The notes: generated from the letters alone by a model not told the origin. A DNA stretch of 64,000 nt from Candidatus Kaiserbacteria bacterium (GCA_023267655.1 JAHFMV010000003.1:16522-80521), one strand, 5' to 3'; counted from the first letter of the stretch, positions 7,544-17,237 are shown. A program made the numbers and translations.

Positions 7544-9286
7544 TCACTCCGTAATCACACGCAACACCTCTTCAATAGTAGTAACTCCTTGCGAGGCTTT
7601 AAAAATCCCGTCTTCGATCATCGTGAGCATTCCCTCGCTGCGTGCTTGTTTTTCAATTTCATCCGCGGTCGCATTTTTCATCACATGCTCCTTAATGGTT
7701 GCAGTAACCGGGAGGACTTCATAGATACCGCGACGACCCGCGTACCCTTCCGGACACTCTGCCGTCGGCCCTGGTTTATAAAACGGCACGGTTTTCCAGG
7801 TCGCATTTGCGGCGACGATCTTCTCGTCTTTCAGTGCCTTGAGGACGACGCCGGCATCCAACGTGCTCTCAAGCTGCGTCTGTTCGTCGCGCGAGAGTTC
7901 GTACTTTTCGTGGCTTGGGCAGAGCATGCGCACGAGGCGCTGTCCTATGACAACGCGCAGAGTCGAGACGAGGAGGAACGGCTCGATGCCCATATCGAGG
8001 AGACGCGGGATGGCTCCTGCCGCAGAATTCGTGTGCAAAGTAGAAAGCACAAGGTGGCCGGTGAGCGCCGCATTGATCGCGAGTGATGCGGTTTCCTTAT
8101 CACGAATTTCCCCCACCATAATGATGTCGGGATCTTGGCGCACGAGCGAACGCAACCCGTTGGCAAACGTAAATCCAATATCCGGGCGCACCTGCGTCTG
8201 GTTCACCCGCTTCATTTGATACTCAATCGGATCTTCGACCGTGGAAATATTCACATCCGGCGTATTCAAAAGATCGAGAATCGTATAGAGCGTGGTGGAT
8301 TTGCCGGCGCCGGTCGGACCCGTCGTTAAGATGAGGCCGGTCGTTTGTTTCATCGCGCCATGCATTTGCTCCAAACCTGATCCGTGGAATCCGAGCGCTT
8401 CGAGCGAAAAGCCCGCGACATTATCACGCAAGAGGCGCATCACGATCTTTTCGCCGTAGTACGTCGGCAAAATAGAAACACGAAACGAAATTTTCTCACC
8501 GCCCGCTTCGACGCCAAAGCGTCCGTCCTGCGGCAATCTTTTTTCATCGAGCCGCATGTTGCCGAGGACTTTAATGCGCGCAGTGATTGCGGGCGCAGCG
8601 TGTTTCGGCAATTCCATCGCATCATGCAAGATGCCGTCGATGCGGTAACGGATGAGGAGCGATTCTTCGAGAGGCTCGATATGGATATCAGATGCATTTT
8701 GCGCGTTCGCGTGGCGCAAGAGCGTATCAACGATGCGCACAGCACTCACTCCCTCCGCCATCTGTCGCAAGTCTTCTTGCTTTGCGTCCGCACTTCCTGT
8801 TTTCGCAAGCGCATCGGTCTCGCGCTTGATGACATCGCCGAGATTGTCTTTGAGACCACGCTGGTACTGCTTGAGTGCGAGTTTCACCGACGCAGCGTCA
8901 GTGAGACGCGGCAAGATTTTCAAATGCGTTTTCTTCTTAATGAAATCGATCGCGGCGAGATCGTCAGTATCGAGCATCGCCACCTCGAGCTGCTCGTCTT
9001 TGTGGCTGTAGGCAATGATCGAATTGTGCCTTGCGACCGGTTCGGGAATGAGGGAGAGCGTTTCAAATGGAATCTGCTGCCCTGCGAGCGAGACAAACGG
9101 GATGCCGAGGATGTATGCGTAGGTGCGACGCAGTTCGTCCTCGCCAATTTTATTCTCCGCGATGAGAATATCCCCAATCGGTTTCCCGCGCTCTTTCGCC
9201 TCACGCTCGGCGGCCTCAAAATCTTTGTTCGAGATGAGCCCCGCGTCGGCGAGAAACGATTTTAAATGGGTATCAGAAATGTACAT
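7544..9286 (-). CDS. pilB: type IV pilus assembly ATPase PilB (GspE family)
   Basis: N-terminal GspII-type domain, Walker A GPTGAGKSTTLY, Walker B and His-box regions; 580 aa. Confidence 0.9.
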   Translation of the reverse strand: MYISDTHLKSFLADAGLISNKDFEAAEREAKERGKPIGDILIAENKIGEDELRRTYAYILGIPFVSLAGQQIPFETLSLIPEPVARHNSIIAYSHKDEQLEVAMLDTDDLAAIDFIKKKTHLKILPRLTDAASVKLALKQYQRGLKDNLGDVIKRETDALAKTGSADAKQEDLRQMAEGVSAVRIVDTLLRHANAQNASDIHIEPLEESLLIRYRIDGILHDAMELPKHAAPAITARIKVLGNMRLDEKRLPQDGRFGVEAGGEKISFRVSILPTYYGEKIVMRLLRDNVAGFSLEALGFHGSGLEQMHGAMKQTTGLILTTGPTGAGKSTTLYTILDLLNTPDVNISTVEDPIEYQMKRVNQTQVRPDIGFTFANGLRSLVRQDPDIIMVGEIRDKETASLAINAALTGHLVLSTLHTNSAAGAIPRLLDMGIEPFLLVSTLRVVIGQRLVRMLCPSHEKYELSRDEQTQLESTLDAGVVLKALKDEKIVAANATWKTVPFYKPGPTAECPEGYAGRRGIYEVLPVTATIKEHVMKNATADEIEKQARSEGMLTMIEDGIFKASQGVTTIEEVLRVITE

Positions 9287-9294
9287 AGGGATGA

Positions 9295-9362
9295 GGTTCT
9301 AGGTTCTAGGTTCTAGGTTCTAGGGAATCCGAAGTCCTCTGCAACCTTGCACCTTAAACCTG
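9295..9362. repeat. tandem heptamer (GGTTCTA x ~4.5) plus a family-B-like segment, 9 nt upstream of the pilB start codon
   Basis: gaggttctaggttctaggttctaggttctaggg then ctctgcaaccttgcaccttaaacctgacacctaa. On the pilB coding strand this reads CCTAGAACCT x4 immediately before the ATG. Confidence 0.65.
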
Positions 9363-9456
9363 ACACCTAATTTGTCATGCGCAGATTGATTATAGCAAGA
9401 TTTGGATGTAAGGTTGCGGCAGTCGCCACAGGGTCGCGACAAACAGGGAGATTCAC

Positions 9457-9684
9457 ATGACGATTCATCCTGACGGCTCGATGGAGCACAAAGTTACTGC
9501 ACCGCCGAAAACCGCGGCGAAGTTTCAAAAGTTGAAAGAGCGTCTGAAGGCGGATGAAGACGCCGAAGTCTATCGTCGCGTCTTCCAGATCGTCGATGCG
9601 CTTGTCGAGGATACCGACAAGGGCGAGAAATTCTTCAAGCGGAAGACCGATGGAACCATGGAAGAGGTTCATTTCTTCGTCTAG
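9457..9684 (+). CDS. hypothetical small protein (75 aa)
   Basis: ATG preceded by gggag RBS about 7 nt upstream; divergent from pilB. Confidence 0.4.
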   Translation: MTIHPDGSMEHKVTAPPKTAAKFQKLKERLKADEDAEVYRRVFQIVDALVEDTDKGEKFFKRKTDGTMEEVHFFV

Positions 9685-9742
9685 CGACAGAAACGCCACT
9701 ATCAAGGCCGGACATCATATCTGATGCTCCGGCCAATTCTTT

Positions 9743-10630
9743 TTAATCCAGCGAATAGCGACGCCAAATTTTGCGCAGGAGCCAAAGGACAAACAAGATG
9801 AGGATGAGATAGAACGCGTAGATGTTTCCGAAAACAAACGAACCGGCTTTGTAGGCGTAGCTCTTGGCGGCCGCAAGGATGCCGCTCGGGTTTTTCAAAA
9901 TGTCAGCGTTCGTCGTTGATCCAAAGCCGCTCACGTCCCCTTTCGATTTCGCATCGAAATAGTCTTTTCCTTTTGCGCGCAACGATTCGGTGGTCTGAAA
10001 CACGTTGCTGCCGGTCGATTTGGCGATATTGGTTGCCTGATCGACGTAGCCGTTTGCATTCGTCGTGGCCGCGCCCGCGACAGCGGGCGCGGCCACAGGC
10101 GCATCCGCAACGAACGGATTCGTCCCATTTTTAATTTCCACGCTATCCGGCACGCCGTCGTTATCGTCATCGGGATCCGTTGCATCCGGAATCCCATCGC
10201 GATCATTATCAGGATCGACAACGAGTGTTTCCGATGATTTTATTTCTTCCGCGATCGCGATCGTTTGTTCTTTGCCGCCCTGCATCACCGTCACTTTGGA
10301 AATCTTTGCAGATATTTTGTGTGAACCTTTCGCAGGAACCGTGGAAACTGCGACAACGGCACCGCCAACATCACTGGATAGAGAAAAATCCGCACTTCCA
10401 ATGACCGCGCTATCCGCAAAAAATGTCACCGTCCCGTGTGCACTCTCCGCATCTTTTTTCATGACGACCGTCGATACCTGAACAGACTTCCCTTCCGTAA
10501 TATGCGTCGACGAGAGCCAGAGCGGCGCTGTCGCAAACGAAACGAGTTCATCGGCGTGTACATACAACGCACAACAAAACACAAGGCCAAACGACACGGC
10601 AAACAAGCAGGCTCCTTTGATCCATTGCAT
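9743..10630 (-). CDS. secreted/cell-surface protein with thrombospondin-type-3-like Ca-binding Asp repeats and a C-terminal TM anchor
   Basis: Signal peptide after MQWIKGACLFAVSFGLVFCCALYVHA (internal ATG at 10628-10630 preferred over the ORF-track start at 10765); DPDNDRDGIPDATDPDDDNDGVPD repeats; C-terminal IYAFYLILILFVLWLL. Confidence 0.5.
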   Translation of the reverse strand: MQWIKGACLFAVSFGLVFCCALYVHADELVSFATAPLWLSSTHITEGKSVQVSTVVMKKDAESAHGTVTFFADSAVIGSADFSLSSDVGGAVVAVSTVPAKGSHKISAKISKVTVMQGGKEQTIAIAEEIKSSETLVVDPDNDRDGIPDATDPDDDNDGVPDSVEIKNGTNPFVADAPVAAPAVAGAATTNANGYVDQATNIAKSTGSNVFQTTESLRAKGKDYFDAKSKGDVSGFGSTTNADILKNPSGILAAAKSYAYKAGSFVFGNIYAFYLILILFVLWLLRKIWRRYSLD

Positions 10631-10727
10631 CTCTCTTATTGTATCCGACAAATATTGACGAATTCCCCAAAAGCAGTAGTCTCTCGGGTAGACTTGCCTG
10701 CGTATCCTGCAACCAGGGGAGACTACG

Positions 10728-11315
10728 ATGAACCCGAAGATCGAACGTGGAACTGCTTTGCACACTCTGCTTTTCGTCCTTGGCCCGTTTCAAGGCGGAA
10801 AGCCGGTGTGGAAATGTCTCGTCAAGCTGATGGTGCTCATTGCAGCGATCTGGGTGGTCGCGACGTGGTGGCTGTTCTCATTCTTGAGGCTGCTTCGCGT
10901 TCTTGGCGCCTGCGCCACCGGCCCTTTCTGTACGGGCCACTGGTACACGTGGTCATGGCGTTACATTGTCGGGCTAGAAACAAAGTTCGACTGGTGGAAA
11001 TCCTGCGAGCCAATCGCCGCGTATCAAAAATCGTGGTGGCCGAAAGAGAAAGGCAAGGCGTGGCCACCGGCATTTGCACTGTTCATGTGCTTCCTCGCAA
11101 TCTTCTGGGCGTTCTTTACTTCACTCGGCGTGTGTGAGATCTACTTAACCGGCTCGATCGATATCGTGTCGGGAACGATCTGGTGCATGAATGTCTCACT
11201 TATCCTGACTTGCGGAATATTCGTCTTACCGTGGACGTCATGGGTGCTCACGATAGTGGGACCAATCGTTTCGAGAAAAGAAATCATTTGCCCCAAAGTA
11301 AGCGTAGACGCCTAA
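10728..11315 (+). CDS. hypothetical Trp-rich integral membrane protein
   Basis: Multiple hydrophobic segments; no recognised family. Confidence 0.35.
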   Translation: MNPKIERGTALHTLLFVLGPFQGGKPVWKCLVKLMVLIAAIWVVATWWLFSFLRLLRVLGACATGPFCTGHWYTWSWRYIVGLETKFDWWKSCEPIAAYQKSWWPKEKGKAWPPAFALFMCFLAIFWAFFTSLGVCEIYLTGSIDIVSGTIWCMNVSLILTCGIFVLPWTSWVLTIVGPIVSRKEIICPKVSVDA

Positions 11316-11479
11316 GTGGCGCGGGCGCGACCGGTTCCCGGTCGCGCCCTTCAATTTTTGTTGACATCTACAATGAGGCGTGTATACTCCTTCCTACAGC
11401 TGCATACAGCGATGTATTCAGTCCGGCGAGAGCCGGACGTTTTTAATAAACAGCTGTGCATTAGTATTATTGAATTAAC

Positions 11480-11507
11480 CTATTGGCTATACCCTAGTGG
11501 CTAATTA
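11480..11507. repeat. family-A repeat unit (ctattggctataccctagtggctaatt) 9 nt upstream of the nusA ATG
   Basis: Shares the ATTGGCTA / CTAGTGGCTAAT modules with the other family-A copies. Confidence 0.55.
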
Positions 11508-11515
11508 CTATCCCT

Positions 11516-12763
11516 ATGGCTCTCTTTGACCTCAAAACACTCAACGCCGCGCTCGACGAGCTGCAGGCGGAAAAAGGTATTTCGCGCGCAAGCGTTGTCG
11601 AAGCGATCGCAACGGCGCTCGCTGCCGCGTATCGCCGCGAATACGGCAAGCGTGGACAAATCATCCGCGCAACATTTAATCCCGAGACGGGCGACTTGGA
11701 ATTTCGCCAGGCGAAAATCGTCGTCGACAATACTCTCGTTCGCCAAGAAGACGAGGAGCCAACATCAGATGAAGACCACCGTTCACGCTTCAACCCCGAA
11801 CAGCACATCATGATCGAGGACGCGCGTCGCATTAAGAAAGACGCAGCACTCGACGAAGAAATTTCCTTCCCGCTTGAATCACAAGAAGAATTCGGCCGCA
11901 TCGCCGCGCAAGCCGCAAAACAAGTCGTGATGCAGAAAATCCGCGAAGCGGAACGTGCATCCATCATCAATGAATACGGTGAACGCGAAGGCGAGATCGT
12001 CACCGGCCACGTGCAGCGCTTTGAACGCGGCAATCTGTACATCGACCTCGGTCGTGCGACAGCTGTGCTTCCGTACGACGAACAAATCCCGGGCGAACGG
12101 TATCGCCAAGGCGAGCGCGTGCGCGCACTTCTCCTTCGTGTTGATGAAGGTGTTCGCGGTACCTTCATCCGCCTTTCCCGCTCGCATCCAAAATTCCTCA
12201 CGAAACTTTTTGAGACTGAAGTGCCGGAACTCGCAAACCAGATTCTCGAAGTGAAAGGTGTCGTCCGCGAACCGGGTTCGCGCGCAAAAATCGCGGTACA
12301 TTCGAAAGACGAACATGTTGATCCTGTCGGCGCGCTTGTGGGACAGCGCGGCGTGCGTGTTGCTGTTGTCACGTCAGAACTCGGTGGCGAAAAAATCGAC
12401 GTCGTCGAATGGTCTGAAAAGGCAGGCGACTTTGTGAAAGAAGCACTCAAGCCCGCACAGGTCATGGACATCGAATTGAATGAGGATGAAAATCGCGCGA
12501 CGGTCACCGTCGCCGAAGATCAGCAATCACTCGCGATCGGCCGCGGCGGACAAAACGTCCGCCTCGCCGCACGTCTCACCGGATGGAAAATCGACATCCG
12601 CTCTGCGGGTGGCGAAAAGTCTGTCGAAGAACCAAAACCGGATGTGCCGGTTGAAGCGGAAACGACTGAAGAAAAAGCCACTGAAGGCGAGGAACTTACG
12701 AATCCCGAAGGCCAAGAAGATCGCGACATCCCGTCGGCCAAAGTTGAAGACGAGCAGAAATAG
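11516..12763 (+). CDS. nusA: transcription termination/antitermination factor NusA
   Basis: N-terminal NusA domain, S1 and two KH domains, acidic C-terminal tail. Confidence 0.9.
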   Translation: MALFDLKTLNAALDELQAEKGISRASVVEAIATALAAAYRREYGKRGQIIRATFNPETGDLEFRQAKIVVDNTLVRQEDEEPTSDEDHRSRFNPEQHIMIEDARRIKKDAALDEEISFPLESQEEFGRIAAQAAKQVVMQKIREAERASIINEYGEREGEIVTGHVQRFERGNLYIDLGRATAVLPYDEQIPGERYRQGERVRALLLRVDEGVRGTFIRLSRSHPKFLTKLFETEVPELANQILEVKGVVREPGSRAKIAVHSKDEHVDPVGALVGQRGVRVAVVTSELGGEKIDVVEWSEKAGDFVKEALKPAQVMDIELNEDENRATVTVAEDQQSLAIGRGGQNVRLAARLTGWKIDIRSAGGEKSVEEPKPDVPVEAETTEEKATEGEELTNPEGQEDRDIPSAKVEDEQK

Positions 12764-12769
12764 TTGAAT

Positions 12770-12973
12770 TTCAAAACCGACGCCGCGGAAAAGTGTCCGC
12801 TCGCGGCGCTCGGCGGTGTTCCTCCCACCCGAACACGAACTGATCAACGGATCGAATATCACATCTACTACTGTACGTCATCACGTATTGTTATTTGCTG
12901 CGCGATGTTCTCTGGGAGGAATACCGCCTATCGCCGTCTCGCTCCCTCTTCCGTCGGCGTTTGAGGTTTTGAA
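12770..12973. repeat. copy 3 of the ~110-nt conserved element (core 12815-12925, reverse-complement orientation on the plus strand) with extended imperfect outer inverted repeat
   Basis: Reverse complement of 12828-12912 aligns with cores at 1052-1135 and 5759-5845. Lies 7 nt after the nusA stop and before a terminator-like hairpin. Confidence 0.65.
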
Positions 12974-12994
12974 ATACGATTTGAAAAAAGTTTC

Positions 12995-13033
12995 AGCGGC
13001 GCCACGTTGACGCGCGGCTCCGCTGTTTTGGTT
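12995..13033 (+). terminator. putative intrinsic terminator after nusA and the 3' element
   Basis: cagcgg...ccgctg stem followed by ttttggtt. Confidence 0.35.
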
Positions 13034-13094
13034 GTGCTGTTTGCGATCGTATGCAAGACTAAAGGCAGTTTGAACCACTCGGAGAGCTTTAGCC

Positions 13095-13271
13095 ATGAAA
13101 GGCAATCGCGCGTTCAGAGAATCGCAAAGAGCGGCAGAGGCCGCATCCAATGCCCGTGCAGAGGAGATTATGCGCAGAAGTCCAGTTGCTCGTGCGTATT
13201 ATGAGACGATCATGGCAACGTGTACGTCTGACAAGCGACGTAAGCAAAAGAAGAAAAAAGCACCTCGATGA
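13095..13271 (+). CDS. hypothetical small basic protein (58 aa; below ORF-track cutoff)
   Basis: ATG at 13095 with ggagag upstream; reads MKGNRAFRESQRAAEAASNARAEEIMRRSPVARAYYETIMATCTSDKRRKQKKKKAPR; ends inside the terminator hairpin. Confidence 0.2.
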   Translation: MKGNRAFRESQRAAEAASNARAEEIMRRSPVARAYYETIMATCTSDKRRKQKKKKAPR

Positions 13272-13290
13272 GGTGCTTTTTATTGCTTCC
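13254..13290. terminator. bidirectional intrinsic terminator (aaaaagcacctc-gatg-aggtgcttttt)
   Basis: Perfect 9-bp stem flanked by an A-run and a T-run; the ppa stop codon overlaps the T-run. Confidence 0.6.
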
Positions 13291-13810
13291 CAAACCGCTC
13301 AATGCACTCTTTGATGACTGCAACCGCTTCGTCCGGCCCACCATAGCCCAATACCTTCGTCGTTCCTTTCTTTTTCAAATCTTTGTACGTATTAAAGTGA
13401 TATTCCATTTTGTTTTTCCACTGCTCGCCCAAGTCATCAAGCGATTTGATGCGGTTCCCGCTATCTCGTTCGTCCGTCGGCACACAGATGATCTTGTGAT
13501 CTTTCTCGCCGTCGTCCTCAAAATTCAAGACACCGAGGATCTTAGCCTTCACCACAACACCCATCGGGAGCGGCTCAGGTGAGACGATGAGCGTATCGAG
13601 TTCGTCGCCGTCTTCATCACGCGTACCTGGAATGAAACCGTAATTCGAGGGTTTGGCAAAAATCGCCGGTTCGACGCGATCGAGTTCAAAGGTCGCCTTC
13701 TCGCGGTTGTATTCGATCTTAAGAATGGACTTCTCCGGAATCTCGATGACGGTGTTGATCGTACGAGCATCCAAATCTCCCGGGGTATAGAGTTTATTGT
13801 AGTCAGTCAT
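13280..13810 (-). CDS. ppa: inorganic pyrophosphatase (family I)
   Basis: Soluble PPase signature-like region DEDGDELD and overall family-I PPase pattern; 176 aa. Confidence 0.85.
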   Translation of the reverse strand: MTDYNKLYTPGDLDARTINTVIEIPEKSILKIEYNREKATFELDRVEPAIFAKPSNYGFIPGTRDEDGDELDTLIVSPEPLPMGVVVKAKILGVLNFEDDGEKDHKIICVPTDERDSGNRIKSLDDLGEQWKNKMEYHFNTYKDLKKKGTTKVLGYGGPDEAVAVIKECIERFGKQ

Positions 13811-13884
13811 GCGTTCAGTATAACGAGATACCGTAGTAAATCAACAAAAGTATAAGGGCGCGACGTTGCCGTCGCGCCACTCTT

Positions 13885-14253
13885 TCACCGCACGCGGAAC
13901 CGGATGTGTGATTCACCGTTCAGCACCGCGTGCTTGTCAAAACCCAGAGACCCCTTGTACGTGCTCCAGACCCACGCGCGGAGTATGTCGTTCAGTCGGG
14001 TGTCGGTAAAAACAGCGCCTCCTAGTTCCCCATCGAACTTCAGGGTGAATGACGGCTCGTTTTTGTTACGAGCAAGCACCGCCCGCTCGTCTATCTCGAC
14101 CCTTGCGCCATCAAGCGCTTGTTCGATGAGTCGCTTGCGCAATTGACGCTCTCGCAATTGCTCTATCGATGCGGGCACATAGTCCCCCAACTCACTCTCA
14201 TCGACCGTGCGTTCCTGCCTCTGTTGCCTCATGACAATACTCCCGGTTGCCAA
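13885..14253 (-). CDS. hypothetical protein
   Basis: ORF only; no family recognised. Confidence 0.35.
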   Translation of the reverse strand: MATGSIVMRQQRQERTVDESELGDYVPASIEQLRERQLRKRLIEQALDGARVEIDERAVLARNKNEPSFTLKFDGELGGAVFTDTRLNDILRAWVWSTYKGSLGFDKHAVLNGESHIRFRVR

Positions 14254-14316
14254 CCTCTACCGTCTTTCTAACATCAAACAACCTGATGAAGCAAATCGAG
14301 TAAGTTATGCACAGCA

Positions 14317-14344
14317 GGCCGGTCGGCCACGGGGCCGACCGGCC
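14317..14344. other. perfect GC-rich palindrome ggccggtcggcc-acgg-ggccgaccggcc (12-bp stem)
   Basis: Read directly; lies in the 5' region of the 14360 gene, with no clear U-tract. Confidence 0.5.
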
Positions 14345-14359
14345 TTATGCTATACGCAT

Positions 14360-15118
14360 ATGTCAAATTACACCGTAGCCACTTTCTTATCAGCCGCTAT
14401 TCTCTCATTACTCCTCACCGTGCCGTTTTCTCTTGCGCACGCCGAAGACGTCTCTGTTGATGCAAACGCGGGAGCGCCCCTCCCCCCAGGTCCTTTGCGC
14501 CCGTTGGATATTTTAAAAATGAAACTGAACGCGGCGGCGCATGGTGCAAAAGACGAAAAGACCCAACTGCGTGTGGACACGAAAATCCAACTTCAGAACG
14601 CGAGTACGTCTGGCGAGAAACATGACATCCGTGTGGACGCGCTCGGCGAGCGCAAAGATATTGCAAAAGATCGCTTCGCCTCGACGACACAGGCGATCAG
14701 CCAATTCAAAATGATGGTGCGTATCCATGGCGGCCTGATCAGACAGCGCTTTGTGATCGCGATCAACCAGCTGGAAAACCTCCTCGCCCGCATACAGACG
14801 CGACTCGATAAGATGCAGGCGGCGGGCGTGGACGTGACTGCGGTCGTTGCGCTGAAAGTAGATGCGCAAGCGGCGAGTGACAAGGCGAAAGCTGATGGGA
14901 AGGCCGTTGCGGATTTCATTGCGAATGTGAGCGACACCGATGATCGCGCAACGGTGAAGACCGCTCTCGAAACGAAGATCAAAACCGCACAAGCATCCAT
15001 AAAAGCCGCGCACGAGGCCGTGATGAAAGTAGTCCGTGCGCTGGTACAACTCGCGAAAGATAACAAGGACAAACTCAAGGTCGAGAGCGATGTTTCCGCT
15101 ACCACTTCTGTGCAATAA
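14360..15118 (+). CDS. secreted Ala/Lys-rich coiled-coil-like hypothetical protein
   Basis: Signal peptide MSNYTVATFLSAAILSLLLTVPFSLAHA (internal ATG at 14360 preferred over the ORF-track start at 14207). Confidence 0.4.
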   Translation: MSNYTVATFLSAAILSLLLTVPFSLAHAEDVSVDANAGAPLPPGPLRPLDILKMKLNAAAHGAKDEKTQLRVDTKIQLQNASTSGEKHDIRVDALGERKDIAKDRFASTTQAISQFKMMVRIHGGLIRQRFVIAINQLENLLARIQTRLDKMQAAGVDVTAVVALKVDAQAASDKAKADGKAVADFIANVSDTDDRATVKTALETKIKTAQASIKAAHEAVMKVVRALVQLAKDNKDKLKVESDVSATTSVQ

Positions 15119-15125
15119 TGTATTC

Positions 15126-15157
15126 ACCTAGAACCTAGTCCCTAGAACCTAACACCT
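15126..15157 (+). repeat. family-B leader motif (cctagaacctagtccctagaacctaacacct) ending 6 nt before the ATG at 15164
   Basis: Same CCTAGAACCTAACACCT module as at 54486, 55850 and, on the minus strand, 9295-9325. Confidence 0.6.
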
Positions 15158-15163
15158 ATCTTT

Positions 15164-15550
15164 ATGGATCCACTCAACACAAGTCCCATTGCATCCGGCA
15201 GCCAAATGCCCGTACCGCCGATGTCGAATCGAGGCGGCCAGGAAGTGCCGCAGCCCGAACATCCGAAAAAGTCGGTCGGCCCTGTCGCCGGCGCCGTTAT
15301 TGTCATTCTTCTTCTGGTCGCCGGCGGTCTCTACTTCTGGGGCGCACAGCTGAACAATCAACAGCAACCGTCTCCGTATATTCCGTCGAATGATACGCCG
15401 CAGCCTGCCGTTGATCCGACGAGCGACTCCGGCGCGGGCTTGCCGCCGCAGAGTTCTTCGGATGACGTGAGCTCAATCCAGGCGGATGCCAGCGCAATGA
15501 ATACAGATCAATTGAACGCGCAGAACGGTACGGAGTTAAACGGCATTTAA
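15164..15550 (+). CDS. hypothetical membrane-anchored Pro/Gln/Ser-rich protein
   Basis: Single TM segment VGPVAGAVIVILLLVAGGLYFW; low-complexity ectodomain. Confidence 0.4.
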   Translation: MDPLNTSPIASGSQMPVPPMSNRGGQEVPQPEHPKKSVGPVAGAVIVILLLVAGGLYFWGAQLNNQQQPSPYIPSNDTPQPAVDPTSDSGAGLPPQSSSDDVSSIQADASAMNTDQLNAQNGTELNGI

Positions 15551-15560
15551 TATTCCCCAC

Positions 15561-15598
15561 AGCCGTCGGCCGCCTCTGGCGGCCGACGGCTTTTGCTT
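15561..15598 (+). terminator. intrinsic terminator (14-bp stem agccgtcggccgcc / ggcggccgacggct, loop tct, then ttttgctt)
   Basis: Read directly from sequence. Confidence 0.65.
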
Positions 15599-15611
15599 GT
15601 AGTATCTCGCC

Positions 15612-16679
15612 ATGTCCAAACCAACCATCACCCGCGATGAAAAAGCATGGGAACTTGCCATCAAGGGCGAAATCGCGCCTGAGAAAATAGCCGAACATCG
15701 CACACACGTGATCGCGCACCTAAAGAAAGACGCGCAGCTCCCCGGCTTTCGTCCCGGCAAAGCCCCCGAAGACGCGGTTGTCAAAGCCGTCGGCGAAGAG
15801 AGAATCATGCACGAAACCATCGAACACGCGATCCAGCACGATCTGCCGGAAATTCTCGCGGGCGAGAGCGTGAACATCATCGCCTCCCCCAAAGTCATCG
15901 TGGAGAGCGCACCAAAGAGCTTCCCCGCGACAGAGCCGATCATCTTTACGGCGCGAGCTCCGCTTGCGCCCGAAGTAAAACTCCCCGACTACAAAGCGAT
16001 CGCCAAAAAGCATACGGAATCAAAAACAGAAGTTACCGTCACCGACGATGAACACCAGCAGACAATGACGCATCTCAAGCGCGAACGTGCACGCATCACG
16101 AAAGTCGAACTCGGCGCGACGCCGCAAGAAGCCGCAGAACAAGCGCAGAAGATGGAAGAGAAAGATCTTCCGGCGCTCGACGATGAATTCGTCAAAACTC
16201 TCGGTTACGAATCGCTCGAAAAATTCACCGAATCAGTGAAGGCAAATATTAAAACGGAAAAAGAAATGCGCGAGACGGAAAAACGCCGCGCGGCCATGCT
16301 CGACGAATTGATCGAGAAATCCAAGATCTCCTACCCCACCCTTCTTCTCGACTACGAGCTCGATGATATGGAGGCGCGCCTCAAACAAGATCTCGATCAT
16401 ATGAAAGTCACCTTCGAACGCTACCTTACGGAAACTAAAAAGACCGAAGAGGATTTACGAAATGAATGGAAGCCAGCCGCCGATAAACGCGCCAAGATGC
16501 GCCTCATCCTCTCCCACATCGCCATCGCCGAAAAAATCGACGCCGACACCGAGCGAGTCGAGCGCGAAGTAAAAAACGCCATCCAGCATTATCCCCAAAC
16601 CAACGAAGCAAACTTGAGAGCCCACATCACCCACGCCCTCCGCAATGAAGCGGTGATTACTTTTTTGGAGCAACAATAA
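15612..16679 (+). CDS. tig: trigger factor (short form; PPIase domain apparently absent)
   Basis: N-terminal ribosome-binding region with GFRPGKAP signature; 355 aa; followed downstream by clpP as in the canonical tig-clpP order. Confidence 0.8.
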   Translation: MSKPTITRDEKAWELAIKGEIAPEKIAEHRTHVIAHLKKDAQLPGFRPGKAPEDAVVKAVGEERIMHETIEHAIQHDLPEILAGESVNIIASPKVIVESAPKSFPATEPIIFTARAPLAPEVKLPDYKAIAKKHTESKTEVTVTDDEHQQTMTHLKRERARITKVELGATPQEAAEQAQKMEEKDLPALDDEFVKTLGYESLEKFTESVKANIKTEKEMRETEKRRAAMLDELIEKSKISYPTLLLDYELDDMEARLKQDLDHMKVTFERYLTETKKTEEDLRNEWKPAADKRAKMRLILSHIAIAEKIDADTERVEREVKNAIQHYPQTNEANLRAHITHALRNEAVITFLEQQ

Positions 16680-16692
16680 TAGCCGCGAGGAT

Positions 16693-16947
16693 TCAAGAAA
16701 CCGCGCGTTCAAGGGCCCGTCGGATAAACCGCTGCGTTTTGATTCCCTCTTTTGCGGCCTTCTTTTTTACGCTTGCATACAGGTTTTCTGGTAGCCGCAC
16801 ACTCACCGCAAGCGACTTCGGCTCAAATTCAAAATGCACCCGCTTGAAGCCTGAAAGATCATATTCCGACAAGTCGGCTGTTTCCAGAAAGTGTTCGGCC
16901 TGCTCGTCTGACAAGAGGCGTGGTATTTTTTTGAGTTTTTTTGTCAT
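16693..16947 (-). CDS. brnA: BrnA-type antitoxin (CopG/RHH-like)
   Basis: Pattern DLSEYDLSGFKRVHFEFEPKS...VRLPENLYASVKKKAAKEGI...FIRRALERA matches the BrnA antitoxin family; overlaps brnT by 4 nt. Confidence 0.7.
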   Translation of the reverse strand: MTKKLKKIPRLLSDEQAEHFLETADLSEYDLSGFKRVHFEFEPKSLAVSVRLPENLYASVKKKAAKEGIKTQRFIRRALERAVS

Positions 16948-17237
16948 AGTTTTTCAAAACGCTTAATTTCTTTCCTATGCATGTATCGCGCGCTTATAGG
17001 ACGAACAAGCATTATCCCGTCTCGCTCCCGATAAGTGAACACAACCGCGACATACCTGCCCTCGTAATTTTTACCGGCGGCAATCTGCCTATCCTCTGTT
17101 TCCGAATGCTTGAGATCGGGATAGATGGTCGGATCACGCAAGAAGAGAAACTCTATCTCGGCGATCGACACGCCGTGCTTCTCGCACTTCTTTGTATTGG
17201 CAGAATCCCAATCAAAGCCGTGCGCGCTTCCCTCCAT
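16944..17237 (-). CDS. brnT: BrnT-type ribonuclease toxin (DUF497)
   Basis: FDWDSANTKKCEKHGVSIAEIEFLF...RQIAAGKNYEGRYVAVVFTYR...RPISARYMHRKEIKRFEK matches the BrnT pattern. Confidence 0.7.
   Translation of the reverse strand: MEGSAHGFDWDSANTKKCEKHGVSIAEIEFLFLRDPTIYPDLKHSETEDRQIAAGKNYEGRYVAVVFTYRERDGIMLVRPISARYMHRKEIKRFEKL

Noticed and set aside
9295-9325. Possible CRISPR-like array (GGTTCTA tandem)
   Set aside because: Unit is only 7 nt with no spacers; it is a microsatellite-like leader repeat, not a CRISPR.
11494-12507. 337-aa minus-strand ORF
   Set aside because: Antisense to nusA, whose identification is unambiguous; Ser/Arg-rich low-complexity translation.
14513-15127. 204-aa and 170-aa minus-strand ORFs
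   Set aside because: Antisense to the 14360-15118 gene; no start or RBS context; low-complexity.
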